Assembly: GCF_009914755.1 (NCBI RefSeq)
Contig: NC_060928.1
Reading direction: 5' to 3' (one strand)
Length of the DNA: 64,000 nucleotides
DNA from: the human T2T-CHM13v2.0 reference genome, Homo sapiens
Part shown: piece by piece, positions 31,201 to 46,760 of the stretch
Numbering within the stretch: position 1 is the stretch's first letter
Layout of the letters: each line of letters opens with the position of its first letter
Notes under the pieces: model-generated
Told to the model about the DNA's origin: nothing
The model's database searches: none
Seen by the model: the letters and a program-made list of their open reading frames with translations, nothing else
Translations under genes and position numbers: made by a program

Positions 31201-31344
31201 ATCTGCTAAATGTCAAGTGGTCTCTCTCCGGCTGAAATGATGAAACTTCCAAGAACTGCATGATAACAAGAACACCGTAAGCCAAAATGGTGGCGACCGA
31301 GAGTAGCGCTGATACCCTAAGTTTTGGTGACACTCTCAGTGAGA

Positions 31345-31736
31345 GCCGTTTGGGCTAAACTCCCGCACTAGGTCCAACAAACCAAACCAGAATGGCCTTA
31401 CTCATACCGACACTGCAGCATCGACGAGCAACGCTAAGCTGTTTTTCTGACTTTCCAAGAAAACACGAGAGAGATAATCCGAGACAGGTCAGTTTCAGCA
31501 AGTGCCCTTAGCTTTAACCTTTACAATGAAGGTAACTTTGAAATGACAAATCCACATTTTGTTTTTTGTTTCTGCTTTCATCAGCCCTTTTCTGTCTGTA
31601 AAGCCAAACTCCTCACCCAGCTCATCAGAACACTCATTGTATTTTGTAGAATGAGTTATTGCCTGATTCTAGAATTGCACATAAAAGCCAATTAAAATCT
31701 TTAAACTAAATTTGTTGTAATTTTCTCCGTTGACCA
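31345..31736 (+). mobile_element. MER4-group 3' LTR (subfamily unresolved)
   Basis: ctcccgcactaggtccaaca...ataaaagccaattaaaatctttaaactaaatttgttgtaatttt..ttgac, typical MER4-group LTR end. Confidence 0.65.
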
Positions 31737-32859
31737 ATGGGTACACAATTCACGACCAGGATGTGGTTATTTTCTAGGTCGCTGTAGAAGAATACAACGT
31801 GGTAGAGGCCCGAGAGGGCTCTAAGGCTTGTAATGCTCTAAGGTGAAAGCTGGATTGTGGGTGTGGGGGTATATATTTTATTCTATATCAAGCTTAATAT
31901 GTACATTAACAATTACCTTATTTTACATATTATTTATCTTATTATGAAGCCTATTTTGTTGTTATTTAAACTCCGATTACTATCACATGTTTTTAACATA
32001 AATGATTCTGTTAAGCACTGCATGGGCCTGCTTCTGATGTATTCAATATATGTGGCTAGAAAAAAAATTATAGATAATTTTTATAGATACTTTCTTTTTG
32101 AGCAGAAATAACCCTGAAGAGATATAAAATTCTGGACAAAATAAAGTACTGAAATTATATACTGATTCATATTTTACCCTTTGCACATTCTAGTACCATT
32201 CAAAATGTAATTGGCATAATTAATGAATAGTCTGATAGAAGCAGTATCAGCAGTAAAAGGAAATGGTTTCTTGCACTCCCTTAAAGCTCTGGCAACTCTA
32301 TAAAAGTGCTGCTTGCAGAAAGGAGAGATGAAGGACCTCTGGCCTTCCCTAATGTTTGCACTTGATTGCTGTACAAAAATTATGCCTTTGAGAAAGGCTT
32401 AAGGTAGTCATAAAATTGCAACCAATCCCAAAGAATTCCAAAATTAAAACATAATCCACTCCAGAAGCATAATTAAATTAGCAATAAACCTTAGTTATAT
32501 AAATCTCTACAAGAAGTGGCTTCCAAAGGCTGATTAAGAGAAATCCTACTTATAAGTGTGTTCTCCTACTTCAAAATTTTACTAGTATTGGTTTCTTAAC
32601 TTCACCATTGCAGAAAACAATTTGATTCACGTTAAAGTGAGGAAGTGCTCCATTAGCTAAAGTCTACCCCTTGGAGATGGGGACTTTGGGGAGAAGGGGA
32701 GCATATACACAAAAAGTAAATGGCAGCAAGTTGCAGCTACCATATCTTCAAAAAGGAAATGGAAGGAAATCTTAGCTATTCACCTGCAATTGGTATACAT
32801 TTTCTGAGCTAAAAGTGAATGATATCTTCCCCTCTACTCTTATGGAAGTCAAAATTTTT

Positions 32860-33097
32860 ATTATTACAGCTCACTGCAGCCTCAAACTCCCAGGTTCAAG
32901 CAATCCTCCTACTTCAGCCTCTCGAGAGGGTGGGACTATAGGCACATGCCAATGTGCCCGGCTGATTTTTGTATTTTTTGTAGAGACAGGTTTCACCATG
33001 TCGCCCAGGCTGGTCTTGAACTCCTGAGCTCAAATGGTCTACCCGCCTTGGCCTCCCAAAGTGCTAGGATTACAGGCGTGAGCCATGCTGCCCAGCC
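32860..33097 (-). mobile_element. AluJ lacking 3' end and most of the poly-A
   Basis: ctgcagcctcaaactcc, gagctcaa J-type; TSD gaagtcaa(aa)ttttt. Confidence 0.9.
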
Positions 33098-34305
33098 AGA
33101 AGTCAATTTTTTAAAAAAAGCATCATTATCAATGGATAGCATTATCAATGCTCATTTCTTTTAAAAAATAATGGTTCCCAATACTATTATCATTTTATCT
33201 TGTGTCTTGGTTGTGCCTTTTCTTAGTTGTGGGACTTTTGGCTACATACTTAACCTCTCTAAATTTGTTTCTTCATCAGGCAAATATTAATAATGTCTAA
33301 TTTTCAAAATTGTATGGTTGCAACATACAGGAAACCATTTGCTGTTTCTCAAGTCACACCTGTGGGCAAATTGAGGGAGTTGAGAGTTGAGTGTTGTTAC
33401 AAATATATGCGTCTCACATGATTCACTAAATGTTTGAAAGTATTGAGTGGTAATACACCTAGTAGCTCCTGTGGCATGTACAGTCAGAGTTAATGAATAT
33501 TAACTCGAAGTACTGTCCCTTGAGTGTGACTCAGCTGGTTTCCATGTCTTTGTGCACTCATTCTAACTGACTCAGACTCTCAGAGACCCAATTCGTAATT
33601 CCTAGAAGCTGAGTCTAACTGGAACAGCTTAGTCATAAAAACTGGCAGCATGGGATCATTTATATAAGCTTAAGCTCCAGATGTTTAAACCTAAGGGTGG
33701 GAAGGAAAATGGAAGTGGGATTATGGGCTGAGTACTAAACATTTACTGTAAAGTAAGTAGCAGCTGCTGAGAAAATATTCGTTGCTCTCTCTCACTTGTT
33801 ATAATTCACTCAGTGGGTTTACTGTTGTTAGTAATAGATGCTATGGAAAATGTAAAATATAGAAAGGAAAATCGCTGATCTACAGGAAGTAAGTAATGAA
33901 ATTAAACTAGAATATCCAAGAGTTTAGACTTTCTGTCCAGTGATTTCTCCTAAACCATACGTTCTCAAAATAACTAAAAACTATTAAAATCATTAAACAA
34001 GATTTGCCATGTGGTATGTAGGGAAGAAAATATGACTTTCATTTTTAGTTCCTAAATGTCTTCTAATTAAATTATGTATGGATTAGACATTGAAAACTGA
34101 AAAAAAATTGACTCATTTAATAATAACACAGAAAGTAAAGCAGTGTAGTGATACCTAATGCTTCTGATTATTATTGTCTTCAAGTAAATATTTTCAAGTT
34201 TTACTAATAGTTTTCTAAACAATCATTGCCCCGTTTTTGTCTATGATATGACTATATCAAGAACATTTAATGGTTTAATGAGATAAGAGTTGTCATGACT
34301 GGTGG

Positions 34306-34481
34306 TTATATGGTTTTGCTCTATGTCCCCACCTAAATCTCATGTCAAGTTGTAATCCCCTTGGGTTAGGGGAGGGGCCTGGAGGGAAGTGATTGGATCA
34401 AGGGGACGGATTTCCCCTTTGCTGTTCTGGTGATGGTAAGTTCTCTTGAGATCTGATAGTTTGAAAGTGTGTGACACCTCC

Positions 34482-34522
<41 letters not shown>

Positions 34523-34699
34523 CTCTACCACGGTAAGATGTGCTTGCTTCCCCTTCCACCATGATTGTAACTTTCCTGAGGCCTTCCAGCCATACTTCTA
34601 TACAGCCTGTGGAACTGTGAGTCAATTAAGCCTCTTTTCTTCATAAATTACCCAATCTTATGTAGTTCTTTTATAGCAGTATGAGAATGGACTAATACA
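34306..34699 (+). mobile_element. MSTA/THE1D-type MaLR solo LTR with (CT)n at ~34486-34520
   Basis: tatggttttgctctatgtccccacctaaatctcatg...gagaatggactaataca. Confidence 0.9.
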
Positions 34700-35269
34700 G
34701 AAAGGCTCATAATTTATGGTGAGTAGAATCATAAAATTTAACATCAATTATTTAGGTTTTCTAAAACTCTGATTTCTATGGATATAATTATATCCATATC
34801 GTAAAATTGAACATGAAAATCTTTATGCAGTAAACTGGTTTTGCAATGGCTCAACAGTAAAAACAAGTATTTTCTTATCACTTTAAAAAATCAAGTTTCG
34901 ATGTTAGGATGAAAACAAACCAAAGGAAAAAGAAGATAGGAACACACTCAGGTAAACCAGTAAAATCAGTTACAAGAATCAGCAACATGTTTTAAGTTAA
35001 ATAGATATTTTCATTCAGCATTTAACCAAGGAAACAAAAGAGAAATTGGCTATGTATTTGTTTGTTTTTGATTCAGTTATGACCACCTCTGTGTTAAGTG
35101 CTGTATCTGATGTTGGAGACGCAAAAATAAAAAAGACAAAGCTTGTGCCTTCTTCCTTTATGATAGAAAAGGAAAAGGGAGGAATGAGAATTGGCGCTAG
35201 TCAGTTTATCATCTCCTGCTACGAAGTTGAAAGGTTCCATTTCCGAGCTTATTACTTTGTCTAAAATGT

Positions 35270-36700
35270 TCACTATAATGTAACAGAAGTGGTGAAAGGG
35301 GATGTTCTTTCATTGTTCCTGCCATCAGGGGAATAAAGCTTCACTCTTGAATTACTAATACATGTCTTTTAGCCATTCTCTTCTGCTCTTAACATACATA
35401 CATGTTTTATCATAAATAGATGTTTTATCATAAATTTTATCATAATAGATGTTTTATCATAAGTAGATGTTCAATTTTATTCAATGCTTTATTGTTATCT
35501 GATGGAATAATCTCAAGATCATATATTGATATGTGTATTGATATGGCGGGTTACACTGATTGATTTTTGAATGTTAGATCAACTTTCATTCATGAATAAA
35601 CCCTACTGGATCATGCTGTACTATAATTTTTATATATTGCTAGATTTGATTTGCTAAAAATTTCTTAAGGATTTTTCTTTCTATGTTCACAAGAGATATT
35701 GGTTTGCAGTTTTCTCTTTTTGTCATGTCTTTTTCTGATTTCATATAAGAGTGATACTGGCCTTTGAAAATGACTTGGAGAGAGTGTCTATATCCCTTAT
35801 TTTCTGAAAGAGATTGTGCAAATAGTATTTATTTCAGAACTTTCCAGAGAAGTCTGGGCCCAGACTTTAATGTGTGGAGAGGTTTTGAACTAAGAATTTA
35901 ATTATTTCAATGGATTTATGGTTATTCAAGTTATCTATTATTTTTAAAGTAAGCTTTGGTTGTTTGTATATTATCTTTAAAAAAGCCTGTTATTTTCATC
36001 CAAGTTATCAAATTTGGTAGCATACAGTTGTTTTCCTAATATTCCCTTCTTGTTTTCTAATGTCTATTGGATATGTAGTAATACACTCTCTCTCATTCCT
36101 GTTGAAAGCAATGTGCACCTTCTCTCTTTTATTCATGGTCAGTCTGGCTGGAGGTTTCTAATTTTATTGATCTTTTCAAAGAACTAGGTTTTGATTTTGT
36201 TGATGTTCTCTATTGTTCTATTGTTTTCCTATTTAAAAATTTTATTGATTTCTGCTCTTATTACTACTATTGTTTTATTGCTGCTTGTTTAATTTAATTT
36301 GGTCTTTCCTTTCAAATTTCTTAGCATGAATGATTAGATCATTAGTTTGAGCCCTTTCTTTATTAATATACATATTTCATGCTAAAATTACTAAGTATTG
36401 CTTTATTTAGGTGAGGCCTACAAAGTTTGATATGTTTAAGTTATCTTCAATTCAAAACATTTTCCAATTTTCTTTCTGATTTCTTTTTATCAACAGATTA
36501 TTTAAAGTGAACTAATTTCAAATATTCGTTGTATTCCAAATACCTTTCTGCTACTGATTTCTAGTTTTAGCTCCACTTGGTTTGAAATCATACCTTGTGT
36601 GATATTTAATTATTTTAACTGTATTAAAATTTAGTTTATAAAACCATAATGATCTATTTTGGAGAATTTTCTATGTGTGCTTTAAAAGAATGCGCATTCT
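35270..36700 (-). mobile_element. Old L1M ORF2 (continues at 38556-39960)
   Basis: T-rich antisense L1 text (ttgatcttttcaaagaactagg, aaaagaatgcgcattct). Confidence 0.8.
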
Positions 36701-38555
<1,855 letters not shown>

Positions 38556-39960
38556 GTTTATTCTACCCTTGTTTGTGTCGGTCCATAGGGTGGTTCTCGT
38601 CTTCTCTTTATTTGTTATTTTTTTCTACCTGTTCTATCAATATGCAATAGAGTACTGTTGATGTATCTAATGATACTTGTGGATTTGCCTATTTCCTCCG
38701 TTCATTTCTTTTAGGTTTTTAAGAACTATATTTTTGAAGCTCTGTAATAAAGTTCACAGATTCCTAAGGTTATTAAATCTTATTGATGAATCAGACCCTT
38801 TTTAGTTATATAATGCCCATTTTTTTCTTGAAAAATATTATTTGCTCTAAGATTACTTTATTTTATATAAACATAACTATTAAAATTTTTATGATTAAAA
38901 CTTATATTGTTCATTTTTTCCAACCTTTAGTTTTCATGTCTACATGTCTTTGTATTAAAATCAGTTTCTCGTAAACAGGATATATGCTTTTATCCAGTCT
39001 GACAATACTGACATTAAATTGTTGTGTTTAGATCATTTATACTTAATGTAATTATTGACATTATTGACTATCAGTAAATCTACCATCTCATTCTTTTCCA
39101 CCTACTTCATGCATTCTTTGTTTCTATTTCCCACTTCTCCGTCCTTTGGAAGTGAGCATTTTTCATTCTCCATTTTATCTTACTGTTTGCTGATTAGTTT
39201 TACTTCAGTTGTTGCATTAGTGTTTATAATATGCCCCTATGACTTGTCACATTGTACCTTCAACAAACGTTATACTACTTAACATGTAGTATAATAATAT
39301 TACAGCAACACATTTCTATTTCCAATCATTCTCTGTGGTCTTTTTGTCTTATATTTTATTTCTACCTGTTACATATTTCCAAAATCTTGCTTTTCTTTCT
39401 GTTAATAGTCAATTATCTTTTACATTTACTCTCAATTTTTGTATTTCTTGTGTTCTTTATGTCAATCTAGATTTTTATCACATATTATATTCTTTCTGTC
39501 TGAAGAATGTCCTTTACAATTCTTTTTTTTCCCTTTTTGAGATGGATTCTCGCTTTGTCACCCAGGCTGGAGTGCAGTGGCATGATCTCGGCTCACTGCA
39601 ACATCCTCCTCCTGGGTTCAAGTGCTTCTCCTGCCTCAGCCTTCCCAGCAGAGGTCCGCCCGCCTCAGCGTCCCAAAGTGCTGGGATTACAGGCATGAGC
39701 CACCGCGCCCGGCCTGTCCTTTAAATTTCTGGTATTCAGGGATACTGGCAGTGAGTTCTTACAGCCTCTGTTTGTCTTAAAAAGTCTTATTTCACTTTCA
39801 TTTTTGAAAGGCCCTTTCAGTGGATAAGGAGTTCTTGATTTATATTTGTTTTTCTCTCAATACTTTACAGATATCACTATAGTCTTCTAACATGCACAAT
39901 TTCTGACAAGAAAGTCTTTGCTCTCTTCAAATATGTCTTCTGCCCAATTCTTTAAGAATT
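38556..39960 (-). mobile_element. Old L1M, continuation
   Basis: gtggatttgcctatttctcc, ttttatccagtctgacaat, ttcatttttgaagg antisense L1 phrases. Confidence 0.75.
39523..39714 (-). mobile_element. AluS with ~100-bp central deletion
   Basis: cctcagccttcccagcag joined to aggtccgcccgcctc; TSD tgtccttta(c/a)a(a/t)ttct. Confidence 0.92.
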
Positions 39961-40064
39961 TATGAGAATTGAAGCTTTTTAAAAAAAATCTGCTTCAATG
40001 GCACCTGCCAGTTCCTCTCATAGTCCGCCAAATGTGAAACAATTCGCATTTTCCATCTCTTCTT

Positions 40065-40422
40065 CTTTTTTTTTTCTTTATTTTTTTTTGAGACGGAGTC
40101 TGGCTCTGTCGCCCAGGCTGGAGTGCTGTGGCGCGATCTCGGCTCACTGCAAGCTCCGCCCCCCGGGGTTCCCGCCATTCTCCTGCCTCAGGGGTTCCCG
40201 CCATTCTCCTGCCTCAGGGGTTCACGCCATTCTCCTGCCTCAGCCTCCCGAGTAGCTGGGACTACAGGCGCCCGCCACCACGCCCGGCTAATTTTTGTAT
40301 TTTCAGTGGAGACGGAGTTTCACCATGTTAGCCAGGATGGGCTGCATCTCCTGACCTCGTGATCCGCCTGCCTCAGCCTCCCAAAGTGCTGGGATTACAG
40401 GCGTGAGCCACCGCGCCCGGCC
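40065..40422 (-). mobile_element. Young CpG-rich AluY with internal 26-bp triplication
   Basis: ctgcaagctccgcc, intact CpGs; TSD catctcttctt. Confidence 0.95.
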
Positions 40423-42033
40423 TCATCTCTTCTTAAATAAACTTGTCACTCTTCAGAATTCAGTTCAGCTGATTATCTTGTGAACTTTGCTATCTAATAT
40501 GTTCAACAAAAAGTTCTAATTTTGTAGATTATGTAGTGTTCTCTCATTGTTAGGGTGTAAAAATGCTCTCTTGCAGCTTTTTACTTCCCTACTATAAGGA
40601 AAACTCCAGTTCCTGTCTGATTGCCTTTTAAATCTGCACAATCATAAGACAAGGATATCAGCTATGAGTGAGGAGGCTTCGGATGACATAAAAAATTTTA
40701 AGAGTTTGAAAAAGGTTGGACATTGCTATTGTAGATAAAGGAAGAAAAAACCTAGAGAAATATGAAAATCTGTCAAACTAGAGCAATATGTTTGGCGTGA
40801 ATATTGTAAATTTGCCATGACATTGATCTATATCATATTGAAATTTTCTCCACATCACTCTGTTTTAAAAAGGAAGTAGGAAGAGTTAAAGTAGTGGGAA
40901 GCAAAGGGTTAATCCAGGTATGAAGCTGTTTGAGTCCAATTTCTTGAACAATCAGCTAAAAAAGTTTGAGTATACTGATTGAATTAATGTAATAAAGTAT
41001 AAACTTGCTAAAAAAGGAATTGAAGACAGAAAATAGCTGATGATTTGGAGAAAAATATAGCAGTCAAAGAATCAGCAGCAGAAATAAAATATTCCAAGAT
41101 CATTAGAGTTTAGAAGGCCAATACCCAGGGCACTCATATTAGATGAGTTGTCTCGGTGGCTATGTCTACCAGCTAGAATAGGATACAAGAGGTCAACTCC
41201 TCAGTAAATGAGAACATACAACAAGGAAGTGCACTCAGAATAATATCTTGATGGGGATGGAAAATAGTGCCCTGTTAGTGGCTCAGAATGCATGAAAGAC
41301 ACATGTGCACTTTCTGAGTTGTGTGCAGAGTGGCAGAATTCAGTGCATACACTTGGCTGTCAGTGCAAAGAGGTGGAGGAAACATTCAGTAAGGACACTG
41401 AGAATTCCAGAGTGCTACAAACAAAGCCATTAGCCACATAAAACAGCAGCCCTGGCTAGTTGAAGATCTGGTATCACCGTGTGTGAAAAGCGACAGCAGC
41501 ACCTTGTGCTTGTGTGGAAATTTCACTTCCCTTGAAGAAGGCAATTGGCTTTTCATATAGTATTCAAGTGGCAGATAAAAGTGACGTTTTCCCGGTCTAG
41601 GAGCTATTCTCTTTCCTTAAAATGACTTTGCATATTTCAGATATAATTTTAGAATGTTCTGATAACAAATATTAACTATTAAAACACTATATTATTTCCT
41701 TTTTATTTAAAATTTTCAGATGCATCCTGTACTTGTTTTTACCTTACTACAGTCCCTAATCTAGGTAATTTTCAAAGATTACTTCTTTCTTTATTATCAG
41801 AAAAACTCTTCAATTGATATAGTTCATCATATTTTCACTAATTCAATCAAGCATTACCACTCATATAGTTCACATTATATTCAATATCATATGTGATGTA
41901 ATCAGATTTCTGAGACCGTGGATAATTTTCAGAGCCACATGTGCTTACCTGCCAGCAGCTCTTCCACCGCTGCGAAATGACAGTGTGCCCCTGATGACAG
42001 TGAGTATAGCTCAGAGCAAAAAGGGTTTCATAT

Positions 42034-42093
42034 TTTGTTGTTGTTGTTGTTGCTTTAGTTTGTTTGTTTGGTTGGTTGGTTTTTAGTTATCGC

Positions 42094-42135
<42 letters not shown>

Positions 42136-42440
42136 GAGATAGGCTTATTCTACCTCCTGGGCTGGAGTGCAGTGGCATGATCTTGGCTCACTTTTATTTT
42201 TTATTTATATTTTATTGTGGCCTTGACCTCCCGGGCTCAAGCAATCCTCCCGCCTTAGCCTCCCAAGTAGCTGGGACTACATGCATGCACCATCACAGCT
42301 GGCAAAATGTTTTATCTTTCTGTAGAGAAGACATTTCGCCATGTTGCACAGGCTGGTCTCAAACTCTTGGGCTCAAGTGAGCCACCTGCCTTGGCCTCCC
42401 AAAGTGTTGGTATTACAGAGTCGAGCCACGGTGCCCAGTT
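42034..42440 (-). mobile_element. AluJ with compound microsatellite tail ((GTT)n, (GTTK)n, (TAT)n)
   Basis: gggctcaagcaatcctcc J-type; degenerate TSD aaaagg(ag)g(g)tttcaYat. Confidence 0.9.
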
Positions 42441-42649
42441 AAAAGGAGGGTTTCACATGCCTGAAAATACTCAACATTAAAGCCGCAGATAGTGGTATGT
42501 GTGTCTTTGAGAACGGTGCGTTAGCCTTACATGCAGTAAGGATGCAGCACAACAATCAATCAGCTTCTCAGATCTGGCAGGATCCAACCTCATCCACCTC
42601 ACACACATAATGTCACTGCCATTAGATCCTGGGGACCAGGTGTCAACTC

Positions 42650-44330
42650 TCTCAGATGCCTTTTACGATTCAATAAAATCTTAATCAAAATCCACAGGAC
42701 TTCCTAGTGGAAGAAAATAGAATTCTAGAGTTTGTAGGAAATCAATGAAAGAATAGAGGAAAAGGACTTACTCTATCCAATACCAAGACTTGTTATAAGG
42801 CTGCCTTAAAAATAGTCTGCAGAGACAAATAGACCAATGACCTAGAACAGACAATCCGGAAATATACCTGTACATAAGTGGAGATTTGATTTATGACAAA
42901 AGTGAAATTGCAGAGCAATGGAAATAGGAAGAGAATTTCAATAAATTGTTTCATATCAATTGGATACCCCTATTAAAAAAAACTTCTACTTCATAACATG
43001 TAGAAAAATCAAATCCGGATCAAATGTAGTTTAAGTGTTTTATAATAAAACATTTATAAAAACAAATATATAAACATATATTCATAACTTTAGGTAGGAA
43101 CATTTTTCTTATTCAAAATATGTGTCAACCATGAATAAAGCATTATAATTTGAACTTTATTACACTCAAGAAACTCTGCATATCAAAAGCACCCTGTTTG
43201 TTGAAAATCCTCTTGAAGAAAATCAGCATAGCCATTAATAGCATGACCATTTTTTTAAAAAGTGTCATTATTTATAAGCCTGAAAACAAAGAGAACTGAG
43301 AAAGGCCGGTCATGGACATGGAGAAGATATTCCAACACATAGAATTTGCAAAGAGCTTGCATTCAAAAATAAAATACCTTCCATACAAATATGTAAATAA
43401 ATGTGGATGTATCTAACAATTGGTTTATGTTCAAAAATAAAAAGAACACTGAAAGGCTGATGGAAATGGGTGAATAGATTTACATTAATTCTTTCCCAAT
43501 GAAGATATTCAAAAGGGCAATAAACATGAAAAGTGGTCAAGTCCATCAGTAATTACAGAAATGCAAATTAAAACTAAATGAGTACTTCTATACAGATACC
43601 AAAATGATTGTAATTTAAAAACGTTAAAAACCAAGTGTTGGTAAAAATATGAACTAAGGGTGTGAGCATAAATTTATAAATGCACTTGAGAAAATGAAAG
43701 TACAAAACATTCATGTCCTATGACCTTGGAATGTCACCCCAAATGTCTGTCCAATAGAAATATGTATACATGGCACGCGGGACAGACACAGCATTGTTTT
43801 TAATTACAATCATTATATCAAACTGTCCCAACTGGAAACAATGTACTGTCTCTTAATTAGCATTGACAAACAGTTTTATATACATGCAACATTATATCAT
43901 TCAGCAATGACAATGAATAAGCTTCTGCAACATGCAGTAACAGAAATATATCTCACAAACATGACAATGGGCAAAAGAAGACAACCAAAAAAGCCAAAAA
44001 AAAAGAAAGAAAATAAAAGAAGGAAGGAGGAAGAAACAAAAGATGAAAAAAGAATGGAAGAAAGAAAGGAGAAAAATACATACTGTATGATTCTACCTAT
44101 GAAAAACTCAAGACAAGTAAAACAAGTCTACCCTAGTAGTTATCCGTGGTTAGCAGAGAGGCCAGGAAAAATAAAGCAAGCTTTGGGGTTGCAGGTAATG
44201 TTTTATTTCTTGACCTGGGTGGGGATTGAACAAGTGTGTTTAGAATAGAATATGGTAGCTTATTCAGCTGTACACTTATGAGTTGCAAGCATTTCTTGAT
44301 TTTATATATCAATACGATTTTACCTTAAAA
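42650..44330 (+). mobile_element. L1ME-type ORF2 3' end and 3'UTR
   Basis: agacaaatagaccaatg, ttgatttatgacaaaag, gaaatgcaaattaaaact, tactgtatgattc, tttcttgacctgggtgg. Confidence 0.75.
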
Positions 44331-45929
44331 TATGACGCATTTCAGAATCACGTACTAAATTCAAATATGTGAAAGTCAAAGTCGGGGTTCACTTTCTGGA
44401 GAGCTACATACTACCTAACCCCTAATTACCTACTTCCTTTAAACATAGGTCAGGTGGTTTATTTCTGAGCTTTCATCAGTAGTTTTAATTTTGTTCTTTC
44501 CTTCCTGATTGAATGTGGCATCGACTGGCTTCAGTCCAATGAGCAACCCATTAAGTCTAAAGAGTCTCTGTTCTCAGCACACCTGCTGATTTACAACTCC
44601 TCTGATTTTTTTTGAAGTTTGTGATACCTTAGCTTTTGCCAAGTATCAGCATTTTTATTAATTTTTACCTAATTATAAAAGTACCATATAATATTCTAAC
44701 ATTTGTGCTTCTATTATTTGTGTAGCTAATGCCAGTGACAAATCTGTAACTGGTCATTAGCAACTATAATGTCATTAGCATGTAATAATACAGAGTGGTT
44801 GTGTCTCAACCGTTGCATACACTTTTGCATATAAAATTTTTCAAAACTTATTATAGTGTAAGTTATTCAAAAGCAGGATATGTTAACATTACGGACATCT
44901 GGTATATCCTAAATCATTTTGTAATACATTTTATTTCAAATATCTACATGTCTTCGCTTGAGATTCCTGAACCAATGCTTGGTCTATGTATCAGTGTTTG
45001 TGCATTTTGTTCAAATGATTTTTTTAAAAAGAGTTTCCTTTGGTCACGATAAATAGGTGTTATTCATGAAGCATAAAGAAAACAGAGTTGTTTTTATTTA
45101 TATTCTCCTCCTTTCCTCAAGTTACAACCCCTTAACACTTTTTATTCTACTTTTAGAGTACCATGTCCGCTTAAAGAAAACTAGACATGTCACCATGTCT
45201 CTCAGTACTTTAGTCTTCAAGCAGGAGGAAAAAGTCCATAAACTGTTTCAAACAATGCCTGATGCGTAGCATTACCCTGTGAGTATTTGTACAAATAAAA
45301 TAAAACACAATATAAAATAAGATAAAATAAAACATTGCCTGATGTAGTAACATCACGAGTTGGTTTTGGGCTCCCTGAGTTTGGAAAATGTTAAAGGTAT
45401 TAAATAAATGAGTTTCTCCTTAATTTTGTTAATGCTCTTTTAGCTAATAAGACTTTTTCTAGAGTTACATATTTTAATCTGTTTCATTTTTATTTTTTCC
45501 TTTGGTTTTATATTTTTAAAAGCCATTATATCCCTCCCACTGGTAACATACACATACACAGACACACATCTATTTCAAATGAATACTTACTACTTTATCA
45601 TTTTCAGTCTTAATTGTACTATTTAATTTTTTTGTTGGGGTCTGTGAAGACATAGGCCAGTGTTTTTTCACCCCATTACCCCGCAAACTGTTTCAGCAGC
45701 AACGTTTGTGTATCTTCCTCCTAGCTTTAACTTGAAATGCCATGTTGATACAAGACAGATTGTTCTTTCTGTTTCTAGAATTTTGGATCTATTTTCACCA
45801 ATCTGTTTATTTGTGGTCAAGTACTCTACTAATTTTAGTTATTTTTGCTTTGAAATCTACCTTAATATTACATTTTATCTTTATAAAATGTGAAGGCTTC
45901 TGAATTAGTTTTTTCCACCATTACTTAAA

Positions 45930-46390
45930 TGAGCATTAGAATCATCCGATGTGAGCCTTACAGGATGAGTAGGAGTGAAAAGCTGAAGATGGCAGGGTTT
46001 CCAAAGGCACAGGGAGCCACAGGTACAAAGACACCAAAGTGAATAGGCAAGGACTTTCTATACATCAGAAACAATACGGTGTGATTGGACTGCATAGTTT
46101 AACAAGGTGAGTGGCGCAACGTGGTGCTGGGTAGGTGGTAAGGAGCATGTCATATGCAATTTTCAGGGATGTTATTCTAATGGTAATAAGGGTTGTAAGC
46201 CAGGAAGATACATTGGACAGACTCATGTTTGGGGGACGCTCACCTTCAGATAGCAGTAGGTGAATCAAGAGGACAGAGACTGAGATGCAGCTATAATCAA
46301 CATGGAATGATTAAGACCTGAACTGGGGCAGTGGGGGTTGAGAGAAGCGTCTAGATGATTTAAGACTGGGCAAGAAGACCCAGAAGGTGC
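45930..46390. mobile_element. L2 fragment
   Basis: gagccttacaggatgagtaggag...gcacagggagccacaggtacaaagac..., purine-rich L2 text. Confidence 0.5.
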
Positions 46391-46760
46391 AAAGGAAATG
46401 ATTATGTTTATTTATTTATTTAAACAAATAGTTTAAGTATTTTATTTGTTTGCAACTGAGCTTGTCAACACTATATAATGAAAAAGTACAAATAATTATG
46501 TTGCAGTTTGGGGTTAGATTTAAGTCAAAGACATTCATTAATAAGGAGTCTTCTAATGTGAATATTCCAGAAATTTCTCTATGTCATCTGATCTGAACAA
46601 CAGTCTCTGAATATTACCTTACTTTGGAAGATATTGGCATACATTTGAATTAAACCCAGGATCTTTCAAAATGAGTAATTTAAAACAACTATTTTGTATT
46701 CAAACCAAAACATTATTAATAGAATGTTGCTTTCCAGAAACAGTAATAAAGGAAACCAGG

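Noticed and set aside
43841-44248. 135-aa K/E-rich ORF
   Set aside because: Translation of an A/G-rich low-complexity tract in an L1 3'UTR.
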